Positions 1 through 15,120 of a DNA stretch of 64,000 bases are shown here, in pieces (positions within the stretch are counted from its first letter, which is position 1; each line of letters opens with the position of its first letter). The notes beneath the pieces are model-generated. The model searched no databases. It saw only the letters and a list, made by a program, of their open reading frames with translations, and was not told where the DNA came from. The stretch is from Nitrosopumilus sp. (GTDB lineage Archaea > Thermoproteota > Nitrososphaeria > Nitrososphaerales > Nitrosopumilaceae). A program made the translations under genes and the position numbers. The DNA is taken from positions 1,440,001 to 1,504,000 of the forward strand of contig OZ242041.1 of NCBI GenBank assembly GCA_965205215.1. The letters run 5' to 3'.

Positions 1-173
1 TTTGTCGCCGTTGTTGCGGGCAAGTCAGTCCCTCTTGCACGCCGGCGTCTCGGTGACGGTGAGCGCGGCAGTAGCGGCAGCGACGGCGCGGGGCCGCGAT
101 ACGTCGCGCCGCATCGGCAACGGAGGTCCGGCGTGATCAATCTTTTATGGGGGCGTGCACCCCGCCACTAATC

Positions 174-344
174 ATGGATTCAAACGACGCGGGTCCGGAT
201 ACGGGCGGCGACGCATACGCCTCTGATGATCCGACCGACACGTCTGCTGCCGAACAAGAGAAGATGGCATTGGAGGCGGTAGAGAAGTTCAAGGCACTCT
301 GCGGGGCCGGCGACTCTGATGACAGTGACAAGCGCGGAGCGTGA
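174..344 (+). CDS. small acidic hypothetical protein
   Basis: TATA-like TCTTTTAT at 141-148, ~26 bp before ATG 174 (leaderless pattern); helical EQEKMALEAVEKFKAL segment. Confidence 0.4.
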   Translation: MDSNDAGPDTGGDAYASDDPTDTSAAEQEKMALEAVEKFKALCGAGDSDDSDKRGA

Positions 345-544
345 CGCACGTGGTGGCACCCGTAAGCGACTCATAATCGGCGCGGCAAGCGGCACCGATG
401 TCGCACCCTTTGACCGTGCCCGGCCTTGAACTGGCTTGCTCTGCTTCCCTACGCCGCCCCCACATGCGCCCGCATGTCAGAGCGCGGCGCAATCATCCGC
501 TCGTGCTGCAATCCCACAAAATGTAAATTCGTGCCGTATACAGC

Positions 545-1408
545 ATGTGCGTGGGATTCTTCAACTTTGGTCGCGGCGGGGACATTGTCGGCAGCCGCAT
601 CTCCGAGTCTGACTCAAAGGAGATCCTGAACAGGGCCGACTCGCTTGCGGGATCCGGCAAGCCCAAGGATGCCATCTCCCTGTACAACAAGATACTAAAG
701 TCCGATCCACGCAGCATCAGGGCCCTGTACGGCAAGGGCATGGCGCTCAACATGGCCAAGAAGTATTCCGACGCGGTCACCTGCTTTGACCAGCTGCTCG
801 CCATATCCCCCGACGACGTCAAGGCCCTCAACAACCGGGGAATCGCGATGGCCGAGATGGGCAACATACAGGACGCCGCCGAGTATTACCAAAAGGCAAT
901 AAGCGCCGATCCCAAGCACGCCGCGTCGTACTTTAACATGGGCGTCCTGCTTGATCGGCTGCAGGAGCGCGAGGACGCCCTCGAGATGCTCGAAAAGGCC
1001 CACTCGCTTGATCCGAAAAAGGCAAACGCGTTGTTTTACAAGGGAATAGTGCTTGGAAAGATGAGGATGCACCCCGAGGCCCTGGAATGCTTTGAGCGCG
1101 TCTTGAAAAAGCACCCTGATCACACGGACGCGCGCTTCCACAGGGGGATCGAGCTTGCAGAGACGGGCCGGCACGAGGAGGCCCTTCGGGTGTATGACCG
1201 TTTGATGTCGTCGCACGGCTCAAACGTGAACCTGACGTACGCAAAATCCCGCAGCCTTGCCGCACTGGGACGCTACCCGGAGGCCCTGGAGCTCCTAAAG
1301 CAGGCCGCCTCGTCGCGCTCAAAGACAATACGCCAATGGGCAAAGGATGAGCCGGCGTTCGTGCCCCTCCATGACAATCCCCAGTTCAGAAGGATTGCGC
1401 GCCTATAG
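545..1408 (+). CDS. tetratricopeptide repeat protein
   Basis: Several 34-aa TPR motifs (ALYGKGMAL..A..CFD.LL...P, ALNNRGIA, YFNMG, ALFYKG); true start may be GTG 551. Confidence 0.9.
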   Translation: MCVGFFNFGRGGDIVGSRISESDSKEILNRADSLAGSGKPKDAISLYNKILKSDPRSIRALYGKGMALNMAKKYSDAVTCFDQLLAISPDDVKALNNRGIAMAEMGNIQDAAEYYQKAISADPKHAASYFNMGVLLDRLQEREDALEMLEKAHSLDPKKANALFYKGIVLGKMRMHPEALECFERVLKKHPDHTDARFHRGIELAETGRHEEALRVYDRLMSSHGSNVNLTYAKSRSLAALGRYPEALELLKQAASSRSKTIRQWAKDEPAFVPLHDNPQFRRIARL

Positions 1409-1709
1409 GGGTGTGGGGGCCCGGCGGCAAAGACTCGTGTGCACGCGACTGCGGTGTGCCTCTCTTGGCGCGGACCTGCATGTCTGTGCATACTTGCCGA
1501 CAATCGTATTCTCATGACTGTACTTGCACGACGCAATTATTCCAAAGCACGCGTTTGGAATCTGACTGATCTTGTGATTTGACGCGCACTTGTTGCCCCC
1601 TGCCTGTCAAACCCGGCAGTGGGGACTGGCCGGCACGGGTTTTCCCGAGGCCCGAACCTGCTCTGGCGCTATGCAAAGAATTATTACGTGCCCTCCCGTT
1701 GCACATCGT

Positions 1710-2075
1710 ATGGCTTCTGAAAGCGACGGCTATATCGGGAAGTTTCTAAAAAAGGCCGACGAGGCAGTACAGGAAGGCGTCAAAAAGGCCGATGCAGTTC
1801 TTGCCGAGGCCGTCGAAGTCGGCGCAATCTCTGCCAAGGAGGCAGCCAAGACGGGCAGAAAACTTAGCCAAAAAGCCTTGAGAGAGGAATCAAAGATGCA
1901 AAAAAAGGCCGAAAAGATACTCAACGACAAACTAAAGAATCTGAAGGGCGGCGGTAACCGCGACTCAATGCGTGACCTGGAGTTAATCGAGAAACTAGGC
2001 GAGCTAAAGGACAAGGGCGTGATTACTGAGCGCGAGTTCCAGTCCAAAAAGAAAAAGATACTAGATCAGATATGA
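1710..2075 (+). CDS. SHOCT domain-containing coiled-coil protein
   Basis: C-terminal LEKLGELKDKGVITEREFQSKKKKIL-type SHOCT motif; start trimmed to ATG 1710. Confidence 0.8.
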   Translation: MASESDGYIGKFLKKADEAVQEGVKKADAVLAEAVEVGAISAKEAAKTGRKLSQKALREESKMQKKAEKILNDKLKNLKGGGNRDSMRDLELIEKLGELKDKGVITEREFQSKKKKILDQI

Positions 2076-2536
2076 GAAAGGCAAACATCAACAGCAAAAG
2101 CAACCTGAGAAAGGTCGATCCGAACTGGTTTACCGGCCGCACTTGGATGCGCTCCGTATCCGACGTGGTAGGATCCAAGGGGCACGACATGTACCATGTC
2201 CACTTCGAGTCGGGCTCCAGGACCAAGCTTCACGCCCATAACGGCGATCAGATTCTGATGGCCACAAAGGGGGCTGGAAGCCTCGAGGTTTTTGAGAAAC
2301 TAGACGGCTCTAGGCGCCGCTTTGCAATGAGGCGCACCCGGACAGTAAAACTCTCGGCCGGGGACGTGGTGTACATTCCGGCCGGCATGCTGCATACGCA
2401 CGGCTCTGTTGACCGAAAGAGGACGTTCTCTCATGTGGCCATCAACGTACTGCCGGGCCGGCGCGGCGGCGGCACTTCCTACAAGACCGTCTGGTACGAA
2501 TCGGACTTTGAACGGTCCGTATCTGCGATTATATGA
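2072..2536 (+). CDS. cupin domain protein
   Basis: Cupin motifs HAHNGDQIL..G.G and GDVVYIPAGMLHTHG; ATGA overlap with upstream gene. Confidence 0.85.
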   Translation: MRKANINSKSNLRKVDPNWFTGRTWMRSVSDVVGSKGHDMYHVHFESGSRTKLHAHNGDQILMATKGAGSLEVFEKLDGSRRRFAMRRTRTVKLSAGDVVYIPAGMLHTHGSVDRKRTFSHVAINVLPGRRGGGTSYKTVWYESDFERSVSAII

Positions 2537-2621
2537 CTGCGGCGGCGCGTCTTGAATTCGCCCCTGCTACCGTATGCCCTGATGGCAGTCCCGGGACTAT
2601 CGCGCACAGTTTTGTAGTCGA

Positions 2622-2706
2622 TGGCGCCGGGAAAGGGACTCGAACCCCTGAACGCTTTCGCGTAGCCGTTTTCGAGACGGCCGCCTTACCACTTGGCTAT
2701 CCCGGC
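2622..2706 (-). tRNA. tRNA-Ser(CGA)
   Basis: Reverse complement GCCGGGATAGCCAAGTGGTAAGGCG-GCCGT-CTCGAAA-ACGGC, long variable arm, GGTTCGAGTCC, encoded CCA. Confidence 0.95.
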
Positions 2707-2828
2707 AACATTCCTGATTTGCACTCCGTAATAAAGCAAGACGAACCTGCGTCTGACTACTCCCATTCCTGCCGCGGCAACCGCGTCCGCGGCAGTCTTT
2801 ATTACCGCCGTCATGGCGCCCCCCGCGC

Positions 2829-3179
2829 ATGCCGTATGAGTTTGACGCGACCAAGGTGTTTGTCCACCGGTGGCCCCACGATACTCCCAAGTGGAGCGGG
2901 GACTTTCAGGAGGCCGTGGATGCTAAAATCAACACAAGCTCGGCCCTGCGCAAAGTCGAGCTGGCCGACCGGAGCGTTACAATAAACGGGTGCGGTTTTG
3001 AAGCGCTGAAGAACGTGGGAGTCTCCGTACCATTCTTTCGAAAGGAATGCAGGATGATGTTTGAGGGCGTTTGCATGGGTAATTACGCCCACGTCCATGT
3101 GTACGCGGCCTTGGGGGCGGATCGCTATCTGGAAGCTTTTGCTGGCATTGCGGACTGGATGCGCGCTCACGGATACTGA
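2829..3179 (+). CDS. conserved hypothetical protein
   Basis: Globular-looking 116-aa ORF with normal codon usage; TATA-like CTTTATTA ~25 bp upstream. Confidence 0.7.
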   Translation: MPYEFDATKVFVHRWPHDTPKWSGDFQEAVDAKINTSSALRKVELADRSVTINGCGFEALKNVGVSVPFFRKECRMMFEGVCMGNYAHVHVYAALGADRYLEAFAGIADWMRAHGY

Positions 3180-3286
3180 CGCGCCGCCGTTCCTGCCCGC
3201 GTCCCTTGTATTTCGTGACGCGAGCTGCCATGCGGCGCCTCTGCCGTCTGGGGATGCGCGGCGGCGCCCCGCAGCGGCTTGCGATG

Positions 3287-4594
3287 CTACTTGTGATGCC
3301 TCTTGAAATCCTCTGACGCCGCTATAAGCCGTTCTATGTCGTCGTCCGTATGCGCGCTGGATATTGCACCCATCTTGCCGGGAAGCATGAATATTCCATC
3401 CTGCGCAATCATCTTGAGGTGGTACTGGTGAAGCTTGTCTTGGTCACACAATGCAGCCTGCTCCGCGTTGCGCACCTCCGCGTGCCTCTTGTCGGGCGTT
3501 GCAAAATGCACCATGAATATGGAGCCGGTTCCAGTTACGTCCGCAGCCTCGTCTCCAAAAACCTCCGTAACTCCAGCCCTTGCGCGCTCCCCCATACTTG
3601 ACAACCTGTTGTATGTGGACTGGTTGTCCCTCATGTGCTCGAGCGTGGCCCTTCCTGCTGTCATGGACGCCGGGTTTGCAGAAAACGTCCCTCCTCCGAT
3701 ATAACTGCGGTCAGCGCTTGATGTGTCGGCGTGCGCCATTATCTCGTCGGCGCCGCAAACCGCCCCTATCGGCATTCCCCCGCCTATTATCTTTCCCAAG
3801 GTTATGACATCCGGCTCAAGCGGCATCGATTCGTACGTGCAGCCATATCTGAGCCTAAAACCAGTCACAATCTCATCCAGTATGAAGAGCGCGCCGCATC
3901 CGTGGACAAACTCCTGAACGCCTGCCAGGTATTCGGCCGATGCGGGAATGCCGCCGGCACCGCCCAGCACGGGCTCGACTATGATGCCCGCAAGCCTGTT
4001 TTTGCACCCTGACAGGATCTTTGCCGTCGCATCAAGATCGTTGTACGGGACGGAGACTATGTTGTCCGCGCCCACGAGCCCAGAGCTCTCCGACTCATTG
4101 AAGGGCCAGTTTACGCTCTTCAGTAGATCCGACGCGTACCCGTGCCACCCGCCGTCGACCTTTGCAATCACGTCCCTCTTGGTGTGTGTGCGCGCAAGCC
4201 TTGCTGCATACATGACTGCTTCGGTACCGGATGCGGTGTATCGTATCTTCTCTGCCGCCGGCACCGCGCCTGATATGATTTTTGACAGTTTTATGGTCTG
4301 CTCGTTTACCGTCCCGTACATCCAACCGTCTTCCAACTGATCGTGCAGGCTGCGTACTACGTGTTTGGGCGCATGCCCCTGTATGAGGCTCCAGTGCCCC
4401 ATCCAGTAGTCTTTATACCTGTTGCCGTCGACATCTGTCAGGCTGCCGCCCTCCGATGATTTTACGACAAACGGGTACGGTTCAAAGTATCTGATGTTGT
4501 GCGACACCCCGTTTATGTGCATTTTTGCTGATTCTGCAAACAGTCTGGCCGATGTCGGAGTCTTTCTTGAATATTCTGCCTCGTATGAGTTCAA
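3287..4594 (-). CDS. hemL: class III aminotransferase, glutamate-1-semialdehyde 2,1-aminomutase-like
   Basis: DVDGNRY.D, SGTEA, GGWHG, FILDEIVTGFR, PLP-Lys TLGKIIGGG, GGTFSANP; divergent from the rRNA operon as in marine thaumarchaea. Confidence 0.85.
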   Translation of the reverse strand: MNSYEAEYSRKTPTSARLFAESAKMHINGVSHNIRYFEPYPFVVKSSEGGSLTDVDGNRYKDYWMGHWSLIQGHAPKHVVRSLHDQLEDGWMYGTVNEQTIKLSKIISGAVPAAEKIRYTASGTEAVMYAARLARTHTKRDVIAKVDGGWHGYASDLLKSVNWPFNESESSGLVGADNIVSVPYNDLDATAKILSGCKNRLAGIIVEPVLGGAGGIPASAEYLAGVQEFVHGCGALFILDEIVTGFRLRYGCTYESMPLEPDVITLGKIIGGGMPIGAVCGADEIMAHADTSSADRSYIGGGTFSANPASMTAGRATLEHMRDNQSTYNRLSSMGERARAGVTEVFGDEAADVTGTGSIFMVHFATPDKRHAEVRNAEQAALCDQDKLHQYHLKMIAQDGIFMLPGKMGAISSAHTDDDIERLIAASEDFKRHHK

Positions 4595-5058
4595 CAGCTT
4601 ATTCTTCTGTGCTTGTAATTTTAACCAATCCTGGGCGCGTGCTGATCGTGACGCCGCCGACTGGCCGCAGACGCGGCCATGATTCTTCTGCCCGCTGTAA
4701 CACCGCGCCGGCGCGCTGCGGACCCTCCCCGCTTGAAATCCTGCCGCGGGCCATGATCTGTCCGTGCCTCCCTGTTGTGCGGGCGTAATAGACTAGAGGA
4801 ACCGGGAGGTGCTTGACATGGCGCAAAGAGAGAACGCGCTGCGCCGCATCGGCGTTACGTTTTACGAAGTGCTGCGGCCATGCAGGCACCGAGTTCCGGG
4901 GCATGTGTGGGGGAAGAGAGACTGCCTTTCCGCCGAAGGGCAGTTACTCTGATCTCCTGAAATTTTTGGGCAGCTGGCGCGTGCGCACTCGCACATGAGC
5001 TGGGCATCGTGCCTAGATCAGGCCCGGGCGGAGGGCCTGCGCGCGCGGCTTCTCGCAT

Positions 5059-5069
5059 GGTTTATATGC
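5059..5069 (+). promoter_or_regulatory. putative TATA box of rRNA operon
   Basis: GGTTTATATGC at the start of the AT-richer leader before 16S. Confidence 0.5.
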
Positions 5070-5308
5070 TTTTTAGGGGATAATACAATCTGCATGCGTT
5101 TCGCAATAGGCGGCGCCTGTGATGAAGTGTGGCAACATGCCACGTTGTGATTCACGGGCCTCCAGTCACGCATACAGAGATGAGGATTTGATCAAGCGGT
5201 CAATATCTGAGATGTGAAGATTATGTGCAATAACAGCAACCACCAATTCCGACAACAAACAAAAGTCATACACAAAGACGAACGTATCTTGTGTAATCAT
5301 CATTTCAG

Positions 5309-6779
<1,471 letters not shown>

Positions 6780-6929
6780 TAGAAAACTCGGATGCGGTGC
6801 GTTGTTGTTATTATCACATATCTTCTGCAGTACGCCATTAACGTGGCGTATCAAGGATCGAGCGGGCGCGCCCCCACCCGGGGCCGCTTGCTGTGAGGTC
6901 GTGCATGGTCGTGTAATATGTGGCTGAAT

Positions 6930-9912
<2,983 letters not shown>

Positions 9913-10150
9913 AGTCACTTACATAGAGGCCATGCGCGACATATCTCATACGTGTCGCGATGACGTCGACTCTCATATATTACACGACCGCTTGCAAATC
10001 CTCATTTTTTTCAATTTGATGGTACGGTAGCGTAAGCTGCGCCCGCCGGCGCGGCGCCCGCCTGCCGCCGCCTCGATACCCTTACACGACCGTCCATGTT
10101 CTTGTCTGCTGTACATGGTTAATATCTGAACGAGCCCAACGGCCCGTGGC

Positions 10151-11107
10151 ATGCTTGGCGTGTACGACATACTGAAGTGGTCCATAAGCAGGGATCCGCG
10201 CAGCGTGGCGGCCATGTACGACGTGCTGTCCCCGCTCATGTGCGGCATTGCGGGGAGCCGGATGCTCAACTTTGGATACTGGGACGACGCGCACGACACG
10301 CCGGCGCTCGCGCAGGAGAACATGTGCGGGGTGGTCTCGGAGATGGCGGAGCTCGGCGGCCCCCTCGCGGTGGTCGACGTAGGGTGCGGCTTTTGCGCCC
10401 CCGCCGCGTACTGGAAGCGCGCCAACCCAGAGCTGGCCGTATACTGCGTGAACACTAGCTATGCGCAGCTGCGCGGGGCATCCGCCTGCGACGCCGGCGG
10501 CGGCAACGGCCGCATGCGCCCTTCTGGCGCCGTGCCGGACGGTGAAGGCAGCGCCGCCCGCAGGAGTGATCACGGGGACGGCGCCGCGTCCGTGGAAGCC
10601 CCCGTAGCCCTCAATGTGATAAACTCGTCGGCGACCGCGCTCCCGCTTGCATCGGGCTCCGTGGACCGAATTATCGCGCTCGAGTCGGCCCAGCACTTTA
10701 GGCCGCTTGGCTCCTTTGCATCCGAGTGCAGGCGCCTGCTCTCCGAGGACGGGATCCTGGCAGTCGCGATCCCCGTCGTGACGCGGAGCCGCATGACTTC
10801 TGCCCGCCTCGGCATACTGAATTTTACATGGGCGTCAGAGCACTATCTGCTCCCGTACGTCCGCCAAACCCTGCATGACTGCGGCTTTGAAATATCCGAC
10901 GAGCGGCTTGTCGGCGACTCTGTTTATGAACCCCTTGCGGATTACTACCGCTCGAACCGCCGCGACATAAGGGAGGCGGTGCGCGACATGGGGTACCCGT
11001 CATACCTTGAGCCTGTGATGGCCGCCTCGATGAGAAAGATGGGCCGGGCGTCAAGCGCGGGGATCATCCAGTACGCCCTGCTAAAGTGCCGCCCCCGCCC
11101 GCCTTGA
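10151..11107 (+). CDS. class I SAM-dependent methyltransferase (sterol/tocopherol MTase-like)
   Basis: LNFGYW, motif I VVDVGCGFCAP, LPLASGSVDRIIALESAQH. Confidence 0.85.
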   Translation: MLGVYDILKWSISRDPRSVAAMYDVLSPLMCGIAGSRMLNFGYWDDAHDTPALAQENMCGVVSEMAELGGPLAVVDVGCGFCAPAAYWKRANPELAVYCVNTSYAQLRGASACDAGGGNGRMRPSGAVPDGEGSAARRSDHGDGAASVEAPVALNVINSSATALPLASGSVDRIIALESAQHFRPLGSFASECRRLLSEDGILAVAIPVVTRSRMTSARLGILNFTWASEHYLLPYVRQTLHDCGFEISDERLVGDSVYEPLADYYRSNRRDIREAVRDMGYPSYLEPVMAASMRKMGRASSAGIIQYALLKCRPRPP

Positions 11108-11657
11108 CGCTCTTTTTTCTCTCATGTACGGCCGCCGCTCGTCGCGACGGCATGACCGTGGCCATGCACCGCTGCTTACGCCGGGCCCTACTGCCCTGAA
11201 GATTCTGCACCCCGGGACCTCTGCGGCGCTCGTGCGCACCAATGCCCCTGAAGGCTGCGGTGCAGGCGAACGCAGGCACATCCGCCTGCACCCTGCGGGC
11301 GGTGAAGCAGGGACGGGGGGGGGGGGGGGGGTGGAGTGGAGTGGAGAACCCGTTGATACTCCAAGAGGGCTGCAAAGCCTGATGCCCCTCGACGCTTGTA
11401 TGCATATGGAACAACCTTGAACAAATATGACGCGGCGGTGTTCTGCATGGCCGTGTGCCTTGGCACAATGCCGCTCCGCGCCGTTCGCCGGCAGTATTGC
11501 AGACACCTATCGTCTCGGGGCACCGAGCGCGGCCCCGGACACTCGGCCGCTTGATGGCGTGCCTCGCCTGGCCGTTCCTTCCCCTCCCACCACGCATGCG
11601 TGTATTGGTGCTGCCCATATGCTCTAGGTTTTTATCGCAGGCGTGCGTATTTCATGC

Positions 11658-12155
11658 ATGCATTCTGTCGATCCCGCGCCGGGGCTGTACGCCCAAAAGT
11701 GCAGCAAGCTGCTCTCCGAAGATGAGATCAGGTTTGCGGGAATCGTGAACTCCGACGGCAAGCTGATTGCCGGGGGCTTTAAGGATGGCATCACCCCCCA
11801 CGAGAACGACGAGACACGCCTGCAGTCATTTTTGGAGTTCGTATCCCGGGTGTCCATACGCAAGGAGCACGACGAGAGCCTGGGACCGATAAACTATCTT
11901 GCGGCCAGACGCGACAAGGCGGTGCTGGTGAGCTTTCCGTTTCCGGTGACTCGCGTGCTGCTGCTGATCTCTGCGGAGCCCACTGCAAACATCGAGAAGT
12001 TGGCCAAAAAAGCCGTGGATATGTTTACTTCTCCTGTTGACTGTCAATTGCCGCTGACAGCTGCTGGGTTGGGGGGAGACCTTGACCGGGAACCGCCACC
12101 GGACACGGGTGGCGGCAATGCGTCTCCAAAAGATCGCCAAGAGGTATCGTCGTAG
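11658..12155 (+). CDS. thaumarchaeal roadblock-like (DUF6659-type) protein
   Basis: IRFAGIVN..GKLIAGGFK, R.EHDESLGPINY...RRDK..LVSFP pattern typical of this expanded family. Confidence 0.75.
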   Translation: MHSVDPAPGLYAQKCSKLLSEDEIRFAGIVNSDGKLIAGGFKDGITPHENDETRLQSFLEFVSRVSIRKEHDESLGPINYLAARRDKAVLVSFPFPVTRVLLLISAEPTANIEKLAKKAVDMFTSPVDCQLPLTAAGLGGDLDREPPPDTGGGNASPKDRQEVSS

Positions 12156-12326
12156 GCTGGATCTTGCCGCCTACTGGGGAGAGGGGGCAGTTCACAGGAT
12201 CCGATGCGCGCCCGATGCCGCGTCCTTGCAGGATTGCCCGCACGCGCCGATGCCGGGATGCGCGCGGAATGGCCCGCAGTACGCCGCATCCGATCATCTT
12301 TTAATGCCCGTTATCCCCGCATACTC

Positions 12327-12782
12327 ATGAAGGCCACGTTTGGCGCGGGATGCTTTTGGCACGTCGAGCACATCTTTGCAAACACAAAGGGCGTTACATC
12401 CACCGCGGTGGGGTATACGGGCGGACGCGTGGAGGATCCGACCTACGAGGAGGTATGCACGGACCGGACGGGCCATGCAGAGGCCGTCCAGGTCGAGTAC
12501 GACCCCGACCAGGTGTCCTACGACGACCTGCTTGGCGTGTTCTGGTCAAACCATGATCCCACGACCCTCAACCGGCAGGGCCCCGACGTCGGCATCCAGT
12601 ATAGGTCGGCCGTCTTTTGCCACAACGGCGAGCAGAGGCTTGCAGCCGAAAAGTCGCGCGACGCGCTTGCGCAGTCAGGCAGGTACCGCGGCCCGATCGT
12701 GACCGAGATTGTGCCTGCTGCGCCGTTTTACCGCGCCGAGGAGTACCATCAAAAATACTTTGCAAAGCGCGGCATTGCATAG
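12327..12782 (+). CDS. msrA: peptide-methionine (S)-S-oxide reductase MsrA
   Basis: GCFW active site, [39 protein letters not shown]. Confidence 0.97.
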   Translation: MKATFGAGCFWHVEHIFANTKGVTSTAVGYTGGRVEDPTYEEVCTDRTGHAEAVQVEYDPDQVSYDDLLGVFWSNHDPTTLNRQGPDVGIQYRSAVFCHNGEQRLAAEKSRDALAQSGRYRGPIVTEIVPAAPFYRAEEYHQKYFAKRGIA

Positions 12783-13090
12783 CGCCGGATGCCGTCCGCT
12801 TGGCCGAAGGCCGGCCTGTGCTTCCGGAAGGGGATGGAGCTTGCAACGGCGCCTGGCGGGCTCCTGCCTGATCCCGCGCCCAAGCCCGGGCCGCCGCCGG
12901 AGCTGTCCGTGCTGGGCCCGTTTGAAGTACTTTTGCGTTACTTGTTCCGTGCGCCCTCAGGCCGGTTGAGATCACAGGCATAAAGTTTATGAATGACACG
13001 TCACTCTAGGCGTGGATTTGGGAACAATCTGAAGGCGTACCTTGCTCCGCTACATAAATTTTAATATAGCACGGGTTTTGCTCACTGACA

Positions 13091-13816
13091 ATGAGCCGCA
13101 GCATTGGGACGTCGATTCCCGAGATGTTTCGCTCCGTTGATCTAGGAGGAACCATAATTGACTGCAATCTGGCGTATGCGGAGAGGCTGGGGTACACACT
13201 TGAGGAGGTAATCGGCAGGTCGTTTCTTGACCACACGCCAGAGAAATACCGCGACGCACTGGTGGCCAACTTTGAGGAATGGAAGAAGACTCGGGCGCAC
13301 TCGGCCGGGCACATAGTCCTTATGACCAAGTCCGGCGAGGAGTTCGAGGTCATGTTGGCGGCGATGAGCCTGTATGACGACCACAGGAAACTCATAGGCC
13401 GCAACTCCGTCATAAGGGAGATCGCGCACCTCGAGAAGATGAGCAGGATGTACGACGTCTCTTCAAGGGAGGGATACGAGCACCCGGAGATCCTGCACAG
13501 GTCGGTAAACTACAACGGCATCATCATAGACTGCAACCAGACGTACATTGACAGGCTGGGATACACAAAGGAGGAGGTGGTGGGCGTCAGCCTGCTGGAG
13601 CACACAGCCCCGCGCTCACGCGGTAACATAAGCGCCCACATGGAGAACTGGAGGAACGGGGTACACGACACTGCAAAGATCTGGATGCTGCGAAAGGACA
13701 AGAGCGAGTTTCTCGTGTCCCTTACCGCCACGGACGAGCGCGACGAGGACGGCGCTCTGGTCGGCAGGACCGTCGCGCTCAGGCCCATGTCGGGGCCCGC
13801 CTGCCCGGTACAGTAG
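13091..13816 (+). CDS. stand-alone tandem PAS-domain protein
   Basis: Two PAS repeats (G.IIDCN..Y..RLGYT.EEV.G.S.L.HT) each followed by a PAC segment; no output domain. Confidence 0.85.
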   Translation: MSRSIGTSIPEMFRSVDLGGTIIDCNLAYAERLGYTLEEVIGRSFLDHTPEKYRDALVANFEEWKKTRAHSAGHIVLMTKSGEEFEVMLAAMSLYDDHRKLIGRNSVIREIAHLEKMSRMYDVSSREGYEHPEILHRSVNYNGIIIDCNQTYIDRLGYTKEEVVGVSLLEHTAPRSRGNISAHMENWRNGVHDTAKIWMLRKDKSEFLVSLTATDERDEDGALVGRTVALRPMSGPACPVQ

Positions 13817-14132
13817 CCATGCGCCGCCGAGCAAGGGGCCTTCCAACAGACGGTATTCGTCATAGGCGGGTTGAGATGCAAACGGACAGACTGGGAGGCG
13901 CAAAGGGTGGCCGCATGAAGGCCGTTACGGATGAGGGGAGAGCCTGCCGGCGGGGGACAGTACGGGATGCCTTGTGGGAGGGGGGATAGTTCTGCATGAA
14001 AAACTCATGCAGGCCGGATCCTGCTTCTTGACTCGCCCCATGACGCCTGCCGGGTTCTAATGTGTTCGGATTTTGTTCCATATCCTGCCCGAACGACTAG
14101 ACTTATCAATGCATGATACGTGCGTCCTGTGG

Positions 14133-14936
14133 ATGAAGGAGCGCTTTGTCGACGTGGGGGGCCACCACATCCGCTACCTTGAGGGTGGTGATCCGACTGA
14201 CGGCACGATGGTCCTGCTGCACGGGCTTGGCGGCTCCGCGGAGCGGTGGGACAAGGTCTCTCCCATATTTGAAAGGAGGTTCAGAGTGGTGGTGCCCGAC
14301 ATGATCGGGTTCGGACTCAGCGACAAGCCGCCGTCTGACTACACGCCGGACTTTCTGACCTCGTTTCTTGGGGATTTCGTGCGCGCCACCTGCGGACAGC
14401 GCATATTCCTAGTGGGCTCGTCGCTTGGCGGCCAGGTCGCCGTCATGTACGCGGCCTCGCATCCGGCCAGCATAGACAGGCTCGTCCTAGCCTCGCCCGC
14501 GGGCACGATGAAGAGGACCACGCCGGCGTTTGACATGTATATGATGGCCGCAATGTACCCCGGCGAGCAGTCCGTGTCCAGGGCCTTTGAGGCAATGGAG
14601 GCCTCCGATCAGGGGGCGGACGCGGATCTGGTACGGGGATTCATCAAGAGGATGAGGCTCCCGAACGCAAAGATGGCGTTCATGTCGGCCGTGCTGGGGC
14701 TCAGCAACTCCGGGCTCACGGAGGCAACGCTGCACTCGATAAACTCCCCCACGCTGCTGGTCTGGGGCGAGGACGATCCCGTCGTCCCAATCCAGAACGC
14801 CGGATTCTTCCTGTCCTCGATAAGGGACTGCACCATGTTTAGAATGAAGGGCTGCGGGCACACCCCCTACGTGCAGAGCCCCGAGGCCTTTGCAAAGCGG
14901 GTGCTCGAGTTTTTGGGAAGCTCCACGGCCGGGTGA
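14133..14936 (+). CDS. alpha/beta fold hydrolase (candidate PHA depolymerase)
   Basis: LLHGLGG, PDMIGFGLS, nucleophile GSSLGG, WGEDDPVVP Asp, CGHTP His. Confidence 0.9.
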   Translation: MKERFVDVGGHHIRYLEGGDPTDGTMVLLHGLGGSAERWDKVSPIFERRFRVVVPDMIGFGLSDKPPSDYTPDFLTSFLGDFVRATCGQRIFLVGSSLGGQVAVMYAASHPASIDRLVLASPAGTMKRTTPAFDMYMMAAMYPGEQSVSRAFEAMEASDQGADADLVRGFIKRMRLPNAKMAFMSAVLGLSNSGLTEATLHSINSPTLLVWGEDDPVVPIQNAGFFLSSIRDCTMFRMKGCGHTPYVQSPEAFAKRVLEFLGSSTAG

Positions 14937-15120
14937 CCCTGCGAGCGGTTATGCATCCCAGACGTCACTGGGAGCATCCGGCCCTCCATGAGGCGGCTGC
15001 CTGCAGGGCGCGGCCAGACGTGCCCAGCCGGCCGCGCACGGACGCGTCCCCCGCCGAGTTCCCACCCCTAGTTTTGCCAGACCGGTTGCTATTTATACCT
15101 CTTATTTCACACCATTACCA

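Noticed and set aside
1538-1562. Palindrome ATTCCAAA-GCACGCG-TTTGGAAT as a fourth 28-bp site
   Set aside because: The spacer is 7 bp and the arms differ from the TTTCTAAA-N6-TTTAGAAA consensus; at most an unrelated operator
2533-2985. 150-aa ORF
   Set aside because: It overlaps tRNA-Ser on the opposite strand and the real gene at 2829
11330-11400. Fluoride riboswitch-like GCCTGATGCCCCT
   Set aside because: The 5' GGCGATGG..TTCGCC element is missing
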